Source: Octopus vulgaris (lineage: Eukaryota). Taken from it: 64,000 bases of DNA. Both the position numbers and the translations under genes were made by a program. Numbering within the stretch: position 1 is the stretch's first letter; each line of letters starts with the position of its first letter. The notes below the pieces were generated by a model. The model was not told the origin of the DNA. It did not search any database and saw only the letters and a program-made list of their open reading frames with translations. Below are positions 54,402 to 64,000 of this stretch, one piece after another. The stretch is from positions 110,174,001 to 110,238,000 of the forward strand of contig OX597818.1 in the NCBI GenBank assembly GCA_951406725.2, read 5' to 3'.

Positions 54402-54693
54402 CAGTAATCCTTCACCGTATCGCGGTTCACTTATCACGCACTCAGTACGTCGCGGTTCACTTATCACGCATACAGTACGTCGCGGTTCATCAATCATGCA
54501 CACAGTACGTCGCGGTTCATCTATCACGTACTCAGTACATCGCGGTATCTCCAGGCTAATATATATAAATTTACATCTCAGACTTCTCAGTATATCGCGG
54601 GATTCTGCGGCCGTTAGGTATGTATATTTTTCTAGATTTTAATTATTCCTTAGGTTTGGAACGTAAGACCCGCGATAGTCGGGGGGAATACTG
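54402..54693. mobile_element. Tigger/pogo-like MITE with internal 30-bp tandem repeat
   Basis: TA-flanked. TIRs CAGTAATCCTTCACCGTATCGCGG / CCGCGATAGTCGGGGGGAATACTG. Four units TCGCGGTTCA..ATCACG..CAGTAC. Confidence 0.8.
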
Positions 54694-54856
54694 TACCAAA
54701 ATTATCAAAACTTTATTGTTCAGAGGCGCTACAAAGAGTTTCAGGCACCAATTTAAATGTCTTAAGATATTTAAGATGTTTCTACACACGTCACTCTGAA
54801 ACGCAGACACAGACATTGCATGCAAAAATGTAATTACATATAATTAAAGTTCAACT

Positions 54857-55045
54857 TGAAGACTCTACTAGAATGGACGAAAGTGCTTATATGGACGAAA
54901 GTGCTTATATATGATATACGATATATGATGTATAAAAACATGTAACATACTAATAAATATCTGTAAATATAAAACCATCCGAATTTCTGAGTACCTCACT
55001 TCTTATAATATAAAATACCTGTACAACATCTCCAAACCTTCTGAT
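54857..55045 (+). repeat. Second copy of the 818-963 repeat with an internal ATGGACGAAAGTGCTTAT duplication
   Basis: Direct sequence similarity; begins TTGAAGA...GGAC-GAAA-GTGC-TT (decayed hammerhead-like). Confidence 0.75.
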
Positions 55046-55067
55046 ATAATTACATATATATATATGC

Positions 55068-57992
55068 ATGCACAGACACAAACAAATATATATACGTACA
55101 CATGTGAGGGCAAATCGAAGTGAAGTTGATACCCTCGTCAACGATGCTATCTCCGATACCCCTTATTCTGCTTGTTCCCCAACTTCCGCCCCTCAGACTT
55201 CACAGCTCAGCATCGTCTACACCAACTCGTGCTCCTTATTCCCAAAGTTCAGTGAACTATTTACACTGGCCATACGTGACTCCCCTGATGTGATAGCTAT
55301 CACCGAGACTTGGCTGACTCCAGCAGTAAAGGACTCAGAAATCCACCTGCAGGGCTACGTCCTTTTCAGATGTGACAGAGGAAAAAGGCGAGGTGGAGGT
55401 GTTGCTGTGTATGTTAAGTCTGAGCACAAACCGTCCAGCGGTATTCTACCCACTAATGCTCAACCTACAACAAAATTCGATGCCGTCTATTGCAAGCTGA
55501 GCCTATCTGAGTTTTGCCTGCCCGTGTTGGCTGTCTACAGGCCGCCTCTTGCCGACCCCCAGGACGATGCTCATTTACTCGAAGCGATAAGATTCGTTTC
55601 AGCTTCGCATGACTGTTTGGTACTAGGAGACTTCAACGCTCCCACGATCGATTGGCCCGCATCAATTTGTACAACATCTTCCCGGTTCGGCCAGGCCCTT
55701 CTTGACGTGGCTGAAGATTGTTTTCTATCGCAACATGTTGAATATCCGACAAGGCATCGGTCTGGGCAGCAGCCATCTATGCTAGATCTGGTATTCTCCC
55801 GCTATCCAAGATCAGTGTCAGACGTATCTGTGTGCGCCCCTCTTGCCAAGAGTGATCATGCGGTCCTGAAGTTCGTCATGCACACAACTTTTTCTACGCC
55901 CACGACTACTTCGCTGCCACGTAGAGTCTTCTCTGCAATTAATCTTGAAATTCTAACCGAGGCTTCCGCGCTTCTGGACTGGCGATCCCTGATGACGTTG
56001 TCCTCAGTTGACGAACTATGGTCATCCCTCAAAGCATATGTAATCTGTTTGACTGACCAGGCAGTTCCCGTTGGGCTTCCCAAGAGGAAGAAACACAAGC
56101 CCTGGGTGACGAAGAAGGTTAAACGAGAACGTCGACTCAGAGATATTGCTTGGGCTGAATTCAAAAATCTGGATTCGACTGCAGCTTTTGAGGTGTACAA
56201 AACTCAACGAGACCGAGCCGTGAAAATTGAAAAGAAAGAACGCTTCAGTTATGAATACAAAATCGCGGCAAATGCCAGTAGCAATCCAAAAACCTTCTTT
56301 GCCCATGTCCAGCGGAATTCCCGCTTGAACAACCAGATTGCAACGTTGGTAGACTCAACAGGCGTATCGATTGAGGACCCTTATCAACAGAGTCAATTAT
56401 TTGCCGAGGCTTTTTCAACTATTTTCAAACAAGATGATGGTCGTGAACCCCCTCCATTTGATAGATCGGTACCTCCAATGCTTCGATTGGTCATCACGCG
56501 GGACGAAGTCAAACGTGTTATTCAAGGCCTCGATGTCAACAAGGGTCACGGCCCTGACGGCATACACCCACGGGTTATCAAAGCGTTGGCTCCGGTCATC
56601 TGCGAGCCCTTAACACGACTATTCAATATGTCATTGGCGACGGGTGTTATACCTGCAGACTGGAGAACAGCGATAATCTGCCCAATTTTCAAGAAAGGGA
56701 GCCGCGAAGACCCGCTTAACTACCGACCGGTTTCCCTTACATCAATAATCAGCAAGATGTTCGAAACCATCCTTAAGAAAAGTATGATGCTCCACCTCCT
56801 AAACACAGCCTCTATCTCTGATTCCCAACACGGCTTCGTGCCGAAGAGATCATGCTTGACCAACTTACTAGTAATGGAAGAATTGGTGACGCGCATCCTC
56901 GATGATAGTGATGCTGTTGACATCGTTTTATTGGACTTTGCCAAAGCTTTTGACTCGGTAAACCACCGCCTATTACTTGTCAAGCTTCAAGCATATAGTT
57001 TCCATCCGGATATTGTACGATGGGTTGGTGCCTTCCTCTCAGATCGCTCCTTCCAAGTCCAAGTTAATGGTTCGCGGTCCGACGTCTCCAGTGCGAGCAG
57101 TGGCGTGCCTCAAGGTTCAGTGCTTGGGCCCTTGTTGTTCTTAGTCTTCATAAATGACTTGCCCGACGACCTCACGCAACACACCCTTCTATTTGCCGAC
57201 GATATCAAACTGGTCGCTCCTCGCGGTAATATAGAGGATCTTCGTCGATGCCTCCACCAAATTTGGAAGTGGTCTAACGATTGGGACCTGTGTCTGAACG
57301 TGTCAAAGTGCTGTCATCTGCCTGTCGGCTCTACTCCTGCAACTCAACTTGATTTCGAGCCGGGTCGTCTGCTGCTGGAGAGGACCGATCAGGTAAAGGA
57401 CCTGGGTATCTTGGTGGATTCCTCCTTTTCGCCTTCGGCCCAGTGCGTCCATGCTGCCAACAAAGCACGCGGAATTCTGTTCTTGATTCGACGGTCATTC
57501 GGAATGCTCACAGCAGCCATATTCCTACCACTCTATGTCACGCTGGTGAGACCCATATTGGAGTATGGGATTCAAGCCTCTTCTCCTTATCTCCTCAAAG
57601 ACATACAGCATCTCGAAAGAGTCCAGAAGCTGGCTACCCGCATGGTTCATGGTCTCAAAAATTTGTCCTACGAAGAAAGGCTGAGGACGCTCGACCTTTA
57701 TTCTCTTGAAAAACGCCGCCGCCGTGGTGATCTCATTCTCGCCCACAACATCATAAGCGGAAAGTGTAACCTCTCGAAAGAGCTGTTCTTCACTCCTGCT
57801 CCAGAGCGTCGGCTGCGGGGTCATTCCGAAAAGCTCTACCTGCGACGATTTCATCTCAATCGAAGGAGAGGAGCTTTCTCCGTCCGGGTTGCGGATCCGT
57901 GGAACAAGCTGCCAGACGAGATGGTGAAGATGCCGACGACCGCTTTGTTCAAAGCCTCCCTGGACCTCAAGTGGCCTGAACTCTTTACATGA
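55068..57992 (+). CDS. Intact LINE ORF2-like protein: apurinic endonuclease + reverse transcriptase (CR1 group non-LTR retrotransposon)
   Basis: 974-aa open frame. APE motifs YTN, ITETW, VYRPP, LGDFN, LDLVF, SDH. RT motifs GPDG, YRPVSLTS, QHGF, LDFAKAFDSV, GVPQGSVLGPLLF, FADD. CR1-type C-terminus LEKRRRRGDLI...LRGH...FSVRV..WNKLP. The first ~12 codons are host microsatellite-like flank. Confidence 0.96.
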   Translation: MHRHKQIYIRTHVRANRSEVDTLVNDAISDTPYSACSPTSAPQTSQLSIVYTNSCSLFPKFSELFTLAIRDSPDVIAITETWLTPAVKDSEIHLQGYVLFRCDRGKRRGGGVAVYVKSEHKPSSGILPTNAQPTTKFDAVYCKLSLSEFCLPVLAVYRPPLADPQDDAHLLEAIRFVSASHDCLVLGDFNAPTIDWPASICTTSSRFGQALLDVAEDCFLSQHVEYPTRHRSGQQPSMLDLVFSRYPRSVSDVSVCAPLAKSDHAVLKFVMHTTFSTPTTTSLPRRVFSAINLEILTEASALLDWRSLMTLSSVDELWSSLKAYVICLTDQAVPVGLPKRKKHKPWVTKKVKRERRLRDIAWAEFKNLDSTAAFEVYKTQRDRAVKIEKKERFSYEYKIAANASSNPKTFFAHVQRNSRLNNQIATLVDSTGVSIEDPYQQSQLFAEAFSTIFKQDDGREPPPFDRSVPPMLRLVITRDEVKRVIQGLDVNKGHGPDGIHPRVIKALAPVICEPLTRLFNMSLATGVIPADWRTAIICPIFKKGSREDPLNYRPVSLTSIISKMFETILKKSMMLHLLNTASISDSQHGFVPKRSCLTNLLVMEELVTRILDDSDAVDIVLLDFAKAFDSVNHRLLLVKLQAYSFHPDIVRWVGAFLSDRSFQVQVNGSRSDVSSASSGVPQGSVLGPLLFLVFINDLPDDLTQHTLLFADDIKLVAPRGNIEDLRRCLHQIWKWSNDWDLCLNVSKCCHLPVGSTPATQLDFEPGRLLLERTDQVKDLGILVDSSFSPSAQCVHAANKARGILFLIRRSFGMLTAAIFLPLYVTLVRPILEYGIQASSPYLLKDIQHLERVQKLATRMVHGLKNLSYEERLRTLDLYSLEKRRRRGDLILAHNIISGKCNLSKELFFTPAPERRLRGHSEKLYLRRFHLNRRRGAFSVRVADPWNKLPDEMVKMPTTALFKASLDLKWPELFT

Positions 57993-58077
57993 ACACCACC
58001 CTGTACACCACCTCCATGTCCCCCTACATGGCCTTGCTATTTGCTTTTGAGCCAAATTAACTAACTAACTAACTAAC
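55104..58077 (+). mobile_element. CR1-group LINE copy, near-complete ORF2, short 3' UTR and (TAAC)5 tail
   Basis: GC-richer block with sharp edges. 3' UTR hairpin CCATGT-cccct-ACATGG. (TAAC)x5 at 58058-58077. No ORF1 upstream; 5' boundary approximate. Confidence 0.92.
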
Positions 58078-58181
58078 ATAGGTAAATGTATTAGATACTA
58101 CCCACCTTTCAAACGTTAAGCTAATATATTTTTTATAACTTTTCCCGTCCGTATTGCCATCGATTTGAACCCATCGCCTTC

Positions 58182-58276
<95 letters not shown>

Positions 58277-58720
58277 TGTATGTATGTATGTATGTATGTA
58301 TATGTGTATGTATGTACACTCATATACATAAACACACCTATGTATGTGTATACATATGATGGACACGCATAGACAGACACGCGTTTCATTGGTCATAGGT
58401 TGGCTAAAACAACACTGGTTACAAAATTTCGTTTTCGCGTATCTTCAGTGAAAAGAGCTGACGATGCATAACCTCTCCAATGTATCACCTGAGTAACTTT
58501 GAAATAAAACCTACCTGCTAAAGAGAAAACAATCAATATTATGATATTCTCGATAGCATTAACGGGAAGCTGCATCGCTCTGTTGTATCTATTTACGTTG
58601 AAGTGGGTTGCTACATTTGCTCCAGAGCCATGGACATCACCAACGGTAGAGAACATTCCCTGCATTCTTGTCGACTTTCTGATTCGCTTCGCTTCGCTTA
58701 TGCTCTGCAGCTTACCTTTC

Positions 58721-58801
<81 letters not shown>

Positions 58802-58805
58802 AAGA

Positions 58806-58867
<62 letters not shown>

Positions 58868-60049
58868 GATAGATAGATAGATGGATTGATGGATGGATGG
58901 ATGGATGGATGGATGGATAGATAGATAGATGCATAAATAGATAGATAGACAGAAATAGACATACATACATACATACATACATACATACGTACGTACACAC
59001 GTACGTACGTACATACAACATACATACATACATACATACATACATACATACATACGTCCATACATAGACATATATGTTTGGTATATAAAAATGTTAATAT
59101 GCTCCTATGCATACATATAATAATATATATGTATATATATTTATAAATATATTTATAAATGTATTTGAATATATTTATACATATATGCGTGTGTGTATGT
59201 ACATATAGATATAAATATATATGTGTGTGTATGTGCGTATGTATACATTAGTTTGTATAAATTACGTCAATAGTCAATGAAATATTGAAAAGCATATACA
59301 CGCACACAAAACAAACGTAATAAAAACGATCCTGAATTCGATCGCAGAGAGTAAGAGTGATTTCTATAATCTGTAGGAAAGCCATAACAATGGAATAAGG
59401 CTTTCATTTTGAGGAAAACAAAACAACATCGATGCAATTTCGTTCTCAAAAACAAACAAAAAAAGCAAAAAAGAAACCTCATACTTGCTTTCTCTAACAG
59501 GAACCACTAAATTATTGCTGGGTAAGCGTGTATTATTCCAGGTCGACTTGTTAGCGAACAATCTTTCTCTGTTAACTATTTGTTGATTTAACTATTCGTT
59601 GATATTCAATATATCAATCCGGACCCCTTCCACCTCTCCTCGTAAAACACAACGAACGATTAATGGCCATGAGGGGAGGTTTTCTGTTTTAGAATTTTTC
59701 AATAATTTTCCCACTAATTGATGCAAAATGAAGGATGCAATCAGGTTCTTTGCTTTTCAAACTTCCCTTGTTTTTCTTCAAAGTGTTCATTACATGGTTA
59801 CACTGTGTGCATGCATAAAGGGTGTGGGTGCGTGTGTACGTGCTTCTATAAATATGCATGGATGCTAGCACACACATACACATACACACACACATATATA
59901 TGTATATATATATATATATATACAGTTCAAACTTACAGAAAATATGACGTTAAGACAGGTGAGAGAACAAACAGGTGTATTAGTGCGTATGCTTATACAT
60001 GTATATGTAGGTGCCTATATAAGTATATCTGTTCATGCGTGTGTATGCC

Positions 60050-60080
<31 letters not shown>

Positions 60081-60084
60081 ATGC

Positions 60085-60115
<31 letters not shown>

Positions 60116-60255
60116 CATATAAAAATAGATGAGTACATTTTTACCTTGTTAACAATTAACACGGAAAAAATAAATAAATAGTTACCAGGGTAGAATAGTA
60201 TCAGTGGAATTTTCGAAACGTGTGTTAAACTGCGTTAAACTCCATTTATTTATTC

Positions 60256-60319
<64 letters not shown>

Positions 60320-60356
60320 ACATATATATATAATATAATAACATATATATATATAT

Positions 60357-60416
<60 letters not shown>

Positions 60417-60858
60417 TCGTTATTTAACGTCTGCATTCCATTCTGGCATGGTTTGGACGGTTTGACTGAGGAATAGTGAGCCAGAGGCTGCAACAGGCTC
60501 AATCTGATCCGGCAAGGTTTCTATAGCTGGATGCTCTTCCTAACGCCAACCACTCCGAGAGTGTAGTGGGGACTTTTACGTGTCTCCGGCATGAGGGCCA
60601 GTCAGGCGGTTCTGGCAACGGTCACGACCAAAAGCTGTCTTTACGTGCTACCTGCACGGGAGACACTTCGGCGGCATTGGAAACGACCACGCTCTTCAAC
60701 CGATAGGAATAAGAGAAATAAACAGACAAAATACAGCGGGCATTTTGAACTGGCCATGATGCATACGTGCATATATATCTAGGTATACGTTCGTATATGT
60801 AAGTATTCGTATGTTGTATTTATATATATATATGTATTTATGTTTCTCTTCTGTGTGT

Positions 60859-60916
60859 ATTCTACTGACGAGGCAAAGCATTCACAAATGCAAAGTCAGA
60901 AATCCGGATCTAGAAT
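60859..60916 (+). ncRNA. Type-I hammerhead ribozyme
   Basis: ATTCTA-CTGACGA-GGC aaa GCATT caca AATGC aaa GTC a-GAAA-TCCGGA-TC-TAGAAT. 6-bp stem I, palindrome ATCCGGAT, AUC triplet, predicted cut after C60910. Confidence 0.82.
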
Positions 60917-61249
60917 TATCCAATAATTTTTTACTAGTTTCATATTGTCGCTTTGTTTTCTCTCCGTGTTGATATATAGACAATTAAGGTGGTTTTAGAG
61001 TCAGATCATGGCTGCTATTTTTAGCATGGTGGTATCTCATAGATACCCTAATTTATAATTTTAATAATTATTACCATTGAAGGTTATTTTTTCCATGCTG
61101 ACCACTTGATAAAATCGTTATTTTACTTTTAAATTAACGATCTTTTCCTTATTTACATAAATCTAAAATGTATATATATATATATATATATATATACATG
61201 GAAAAAAGTCAAGATAGAAAATGCTAAAATAATTTTATAAAAAACATTT

Positions 61250-61284
61250 CAGTACCGGTTTCAGTCATTAAGACTTTTCAACTG
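61250..61284 (-). ncRNA. Ultra-short hammerhead variant (C3U/G8A)
   Basis: Minus strand CAG-TTGAAAA-GTC ttaat GAC-t-GAAAC-CG-GTA-CTG. Stem I CAG/CTG, palindrome ACCGGT. Confidence 0.65.
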
Positions 61285-61469
61285 TCACAATTAGATTTAG
61301 AAAAATTAAAAGAAAATTTTTTTTTAAAGAATATTAGTATAGGGTTCAAATACAAGTGGCATTTTTCTTGTTTCTGCCTGTCTCTGTCTCTCTTGTTTAC
61401 TCTTGTGAGTTATGTGTGTGTGTTTCACAACACATAAATACACAGCAACACAATTTCTTTTTCTTAACA

Positions 61470-61722
61470 GGCCCTGCCCTATTTAGCAATGTCCCGGAAA
61501 AGATCAAAGAGGAAAGGATCCATCACCCTTAAATGGAATCCGGACAAATTTCTTCACGGAATACCAGCTAAGCCACCTATACCTGGATAAAACTCACTCA
61601 ACAAGAAGTCCCTACTCGAATGGATGATGATACCCCAAAACTTGTCTTAAAAAGGATTTAGATAATCCTGTCAGGTGGTTCTATTAAGTTAGACGTGGCC
61701 TGGACCAATCTTTGGTCGAAAC
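61470..61722 (+). mobile_element. Older, diverged 3' fragment of the same LINE family
   Basis: GPALF..DKFLHGIPAKPPIPG and 3' UTR CAGGTGGTTCTATTAAGTTAGACGTGGCCTGGACCAATCTTTGGTC. Confidence 0.8.
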
Positions 61723-61759
61723 ATATCCATGTTTATCTAAGTTTATATATGTGTGTGTG

Positions 61760-61826
<67 letters not shown>

Positions 61827-61872
61827 ATATATGTATCTATCCATCTATTTATTTATCTATCTAGCTACATAT

Positions 61873-61905
<33 letters not shown>

Positions 61906-62106
61906 AAGTATGGGGGGTTAGTTCACAGGTGATCTAAACAATTAAGTATGTTAGGTAAATGTTGTAACGGATTACTAGAGCTACAAGGTTATAGCCTAGA
62001 CAGTAGTTATGGAGCCATTACAGATTTCCGATACAGCGAATATATAATTGTTAAAGAGGACAACAAACGTTAAGGCAAAGCAAACATCTGCGAAGCAAAG
62101 CAAACA

Positions 62107-62516
62107 TAGGCGCAGGAGTGGCTGTGTGGTAAGTAGCTTGCTAACCAACCACATGGTTCCGGGTTCAGTCCCACTGCGTGGCATCTTGGGCAAGTGTCTT
62201 CTGCTATAGCCTCGAGCCGACCAATGCCTTGTGAGTGGATTTGGTAGACGGAAACTGAAAGAAGCCTGTCGTATATATGTGTATATATATATGTATGTGT
62301 GTGTGCTTGTGTGTCCGTGTTTGTCCCCCTAGCATTGCTTGACAACCGATGCTGGTGTGTTTACGTCCCCGTCACTTAGTGTTTCGGCAAAAGAGACCGA
62401 TAGAAAAATTACTAGGTTTACAAGGAATAAGTCCTGGGGTCGATTTGCTCGACTAAAGGCGGTGCTCCAGCATGGCCACAGTCAAATGACTGAAACAAAT
62501 AAAAGAGTAAAAGAGT
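62107..62516 (+). mobile_element. tRNA-derived SINE family A (CORE-like domain), full copy
   Basis: GGCGCAGGAGTGGCTGTGTGGTAAG (A box), GGTTCAGTCCC (B box), CTTGGGCAAGTGTCTT, internal microsatellite, AAAAGAGT tail. Other copies: 1935-2103(-), 8690-9002(-), 21248-21682(+), 26214-26450, 26795-26945(-), 36245-36401(+), 51062-51265(-), 51711-51850(+), 63585-63870(-). Confidence 0.88.
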
Positions 62517-62517
62517 A

Positions 62518-62797
62518 AGTCATGTACATTATTATTATTGGAAAAAATTCAAAGTCTTACACCTATTTCTGGGATATTTCAGAGTAAATTTGTCATGAGA
62601 GACAATTTGTCATGAGAGACAAATTAGGAAAATTAGAAGGGTATAGATTTTTCCCTATTTGTCTCTGATGATGGAACATCCCATACTCTAGGGTATCCCA
62701 GAAACAGCTGTAAGACTTGGAATTTTTCCAGTAATAATAATGTATATGACTTGAACTGATTGCTTTGCCTCAACCTTTGTTGCCCTCTTTAACAGTA
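62518..62797 (+). mobile_element. Non-coding Penelope-like pLTR cassette with inverted 5' arm
   Basis: Arms ~62518-62587 and ~62683-62752 are reverse complements. Contains the 62661 hammerhead and ends at (TA)n. A related copy lies at 53593-53730 (-). Confidence 0.75.
62661..62716 (+). ncRNA. Minimal type-I hammerhead ribozyme (Penelope-like)
   Basis: GTCT-CTGATGA-stem II (TGG...CCA)-GAAAC-AGCT-GTA-AGAC. Stem I GTCT/AGAC, palindromic stem III ACAGCTGT, predicted cut after A62712. Confidence 0.88.
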
Positions 62798-63119
62798 CAT
62801 ATATATATATATATATATATATAATAAAACTTCACACACACACACACATCAGCCATTATGCTGTTAAGAGAGTCTCTGTTTGACAGGTGGATATTTTCGA
62901 TGCCAACATTAGATAATTCGTCTTTTTCCCACATTTTTGCATTTTTTTGTTTTTTTTTATTTTCCCCTTCTTTTCTTTTTTCCATATCTCTATTTCTGTT
63001 TGTTTAGTATTTGGATAATTAGGATGATCCTAAATGTCACACTAAATTATCTTTCCATCCTCTTTTCATCAGGCTGTTACCATCTTTTTTTTAAAATTAC
63101 ATCGATAATATTATAACTA

Positions 63120-63332
63120 TCAACATTATAATCATCATCATCATCACAACCAACATATTGATCATCATCATCATCATCACCGACATCATCACCGTCATCA
63201 TCATTATCATCATCACCGTTATCATCATCATCATCATCATCATTGTTATCATCATCATCATCATCACCATCTTCATCATCATCATCATCATCATCATCGT
63301 CGTCAGAGTCATGGTCGTCAGAGTCATGGTCG

Positions 63333-63363
<31 letters not shown>

Positions 63364-63520
63364 TGTTATCATCATCATCATCATCACCATCTTCATCATC
63401 ATCATCATGATCATCATCGTCGTCATGGTCATGGTCGTCATCATCATCATCATCATCATCATCATTGCCATCATCATCATCATCATCATTGCCATCCACA
63501 TCAGCATCAACGTGATCATC
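63120..63520. repeat. Imperfect (ATC)n field with internal duplications
   Basis: Direct inspection. Confidence 0.95.
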
Positions 63521-64000
63521 TTCCAGATTTCTTTATGCTTAAAGGTTGATTAGTCTTATGGTTCTGTATATATTTACATGTTTATCTTTTCCTTGTTTCA
63601 GTCATTGGACCGCGGCCATACCGGAGCACTGCTTTGACGGTTTTAGTCAAACAATTTTTGGTATTATTCCTTTGCTCTCCTTTGTTTGAACAGCCAAGTT
63701 GAAACATGGAACAACATTGGTTATCAAGCACTGGTGAGGGACAAATACAAGCAAAAAACACACACGCAGACACACACCATACATACACAGTACGGGTTTC
63801 TTTCAGTTTCCAGTTATTATATTGTACATGAGTGCGTGTGTGGAAAAGCCATTTCCGGCCCTCAAAAATCAAATAATGCAGAAATATCAAAAGGTTTAAT
63901 GCAAAATTTGACTTGATAGAGTGACACTACCAACAGCGAGGGGCGAATTCTTGAATCCAGGGGCCACTGATAATGATCTCAGTCTATAAGTGGCAAAGTG

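Noticed and set aside
58418-58452. Minus-strand CTGAAGA...GAAA...GTA
   Set aside because: Stems I and II do not pair.

Overview
Eukaryotic, AT-rich, microsatellite-saturated non-coding DNA (intergenic or deep intronic). The SINE families and the (TA)n/(CA)n/(TATG)n/(TAA)n/(ATC)n load suggest an octopus genome (inference from recognised repeat families). I can support no host protein-coding exon, and nearly all ORFs in the track are microsatellite or SINE artefacts. Real content: (1) one intact 2.9-kb CR1-group LINE ORF (APE+RT, 55068-57992); (2) three 3' fragments of a second CR1-group LINE, two sitting inside (TA)n; (3) a cluster of Dong/R4-type RLE retrotransposon remnants at (TAA)n; (4) RTE, maT (DD37D)/mariner, Tigger-like MITE and OTU-bearing Helitron remnants; (5) about 30 tRNA-derived SINEs, many as head-less tandem multimers. 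The most notable hidden layer is a set of short non-coding cassettes, often fold-back and next to TA microsatellites, carrying minimal type-I hammerhead ribozyme motifs of the Penelope-like (pLTR) kind. There are 4 with a canonical CUGANGA/GAAA core, 3 core variants (U3-A8; U4C twice) and several decayed or half copies, apparently from several unrelated families. No Penelope ORF is recognisable in the window. All folds were read by eye, and none is tested for activity.
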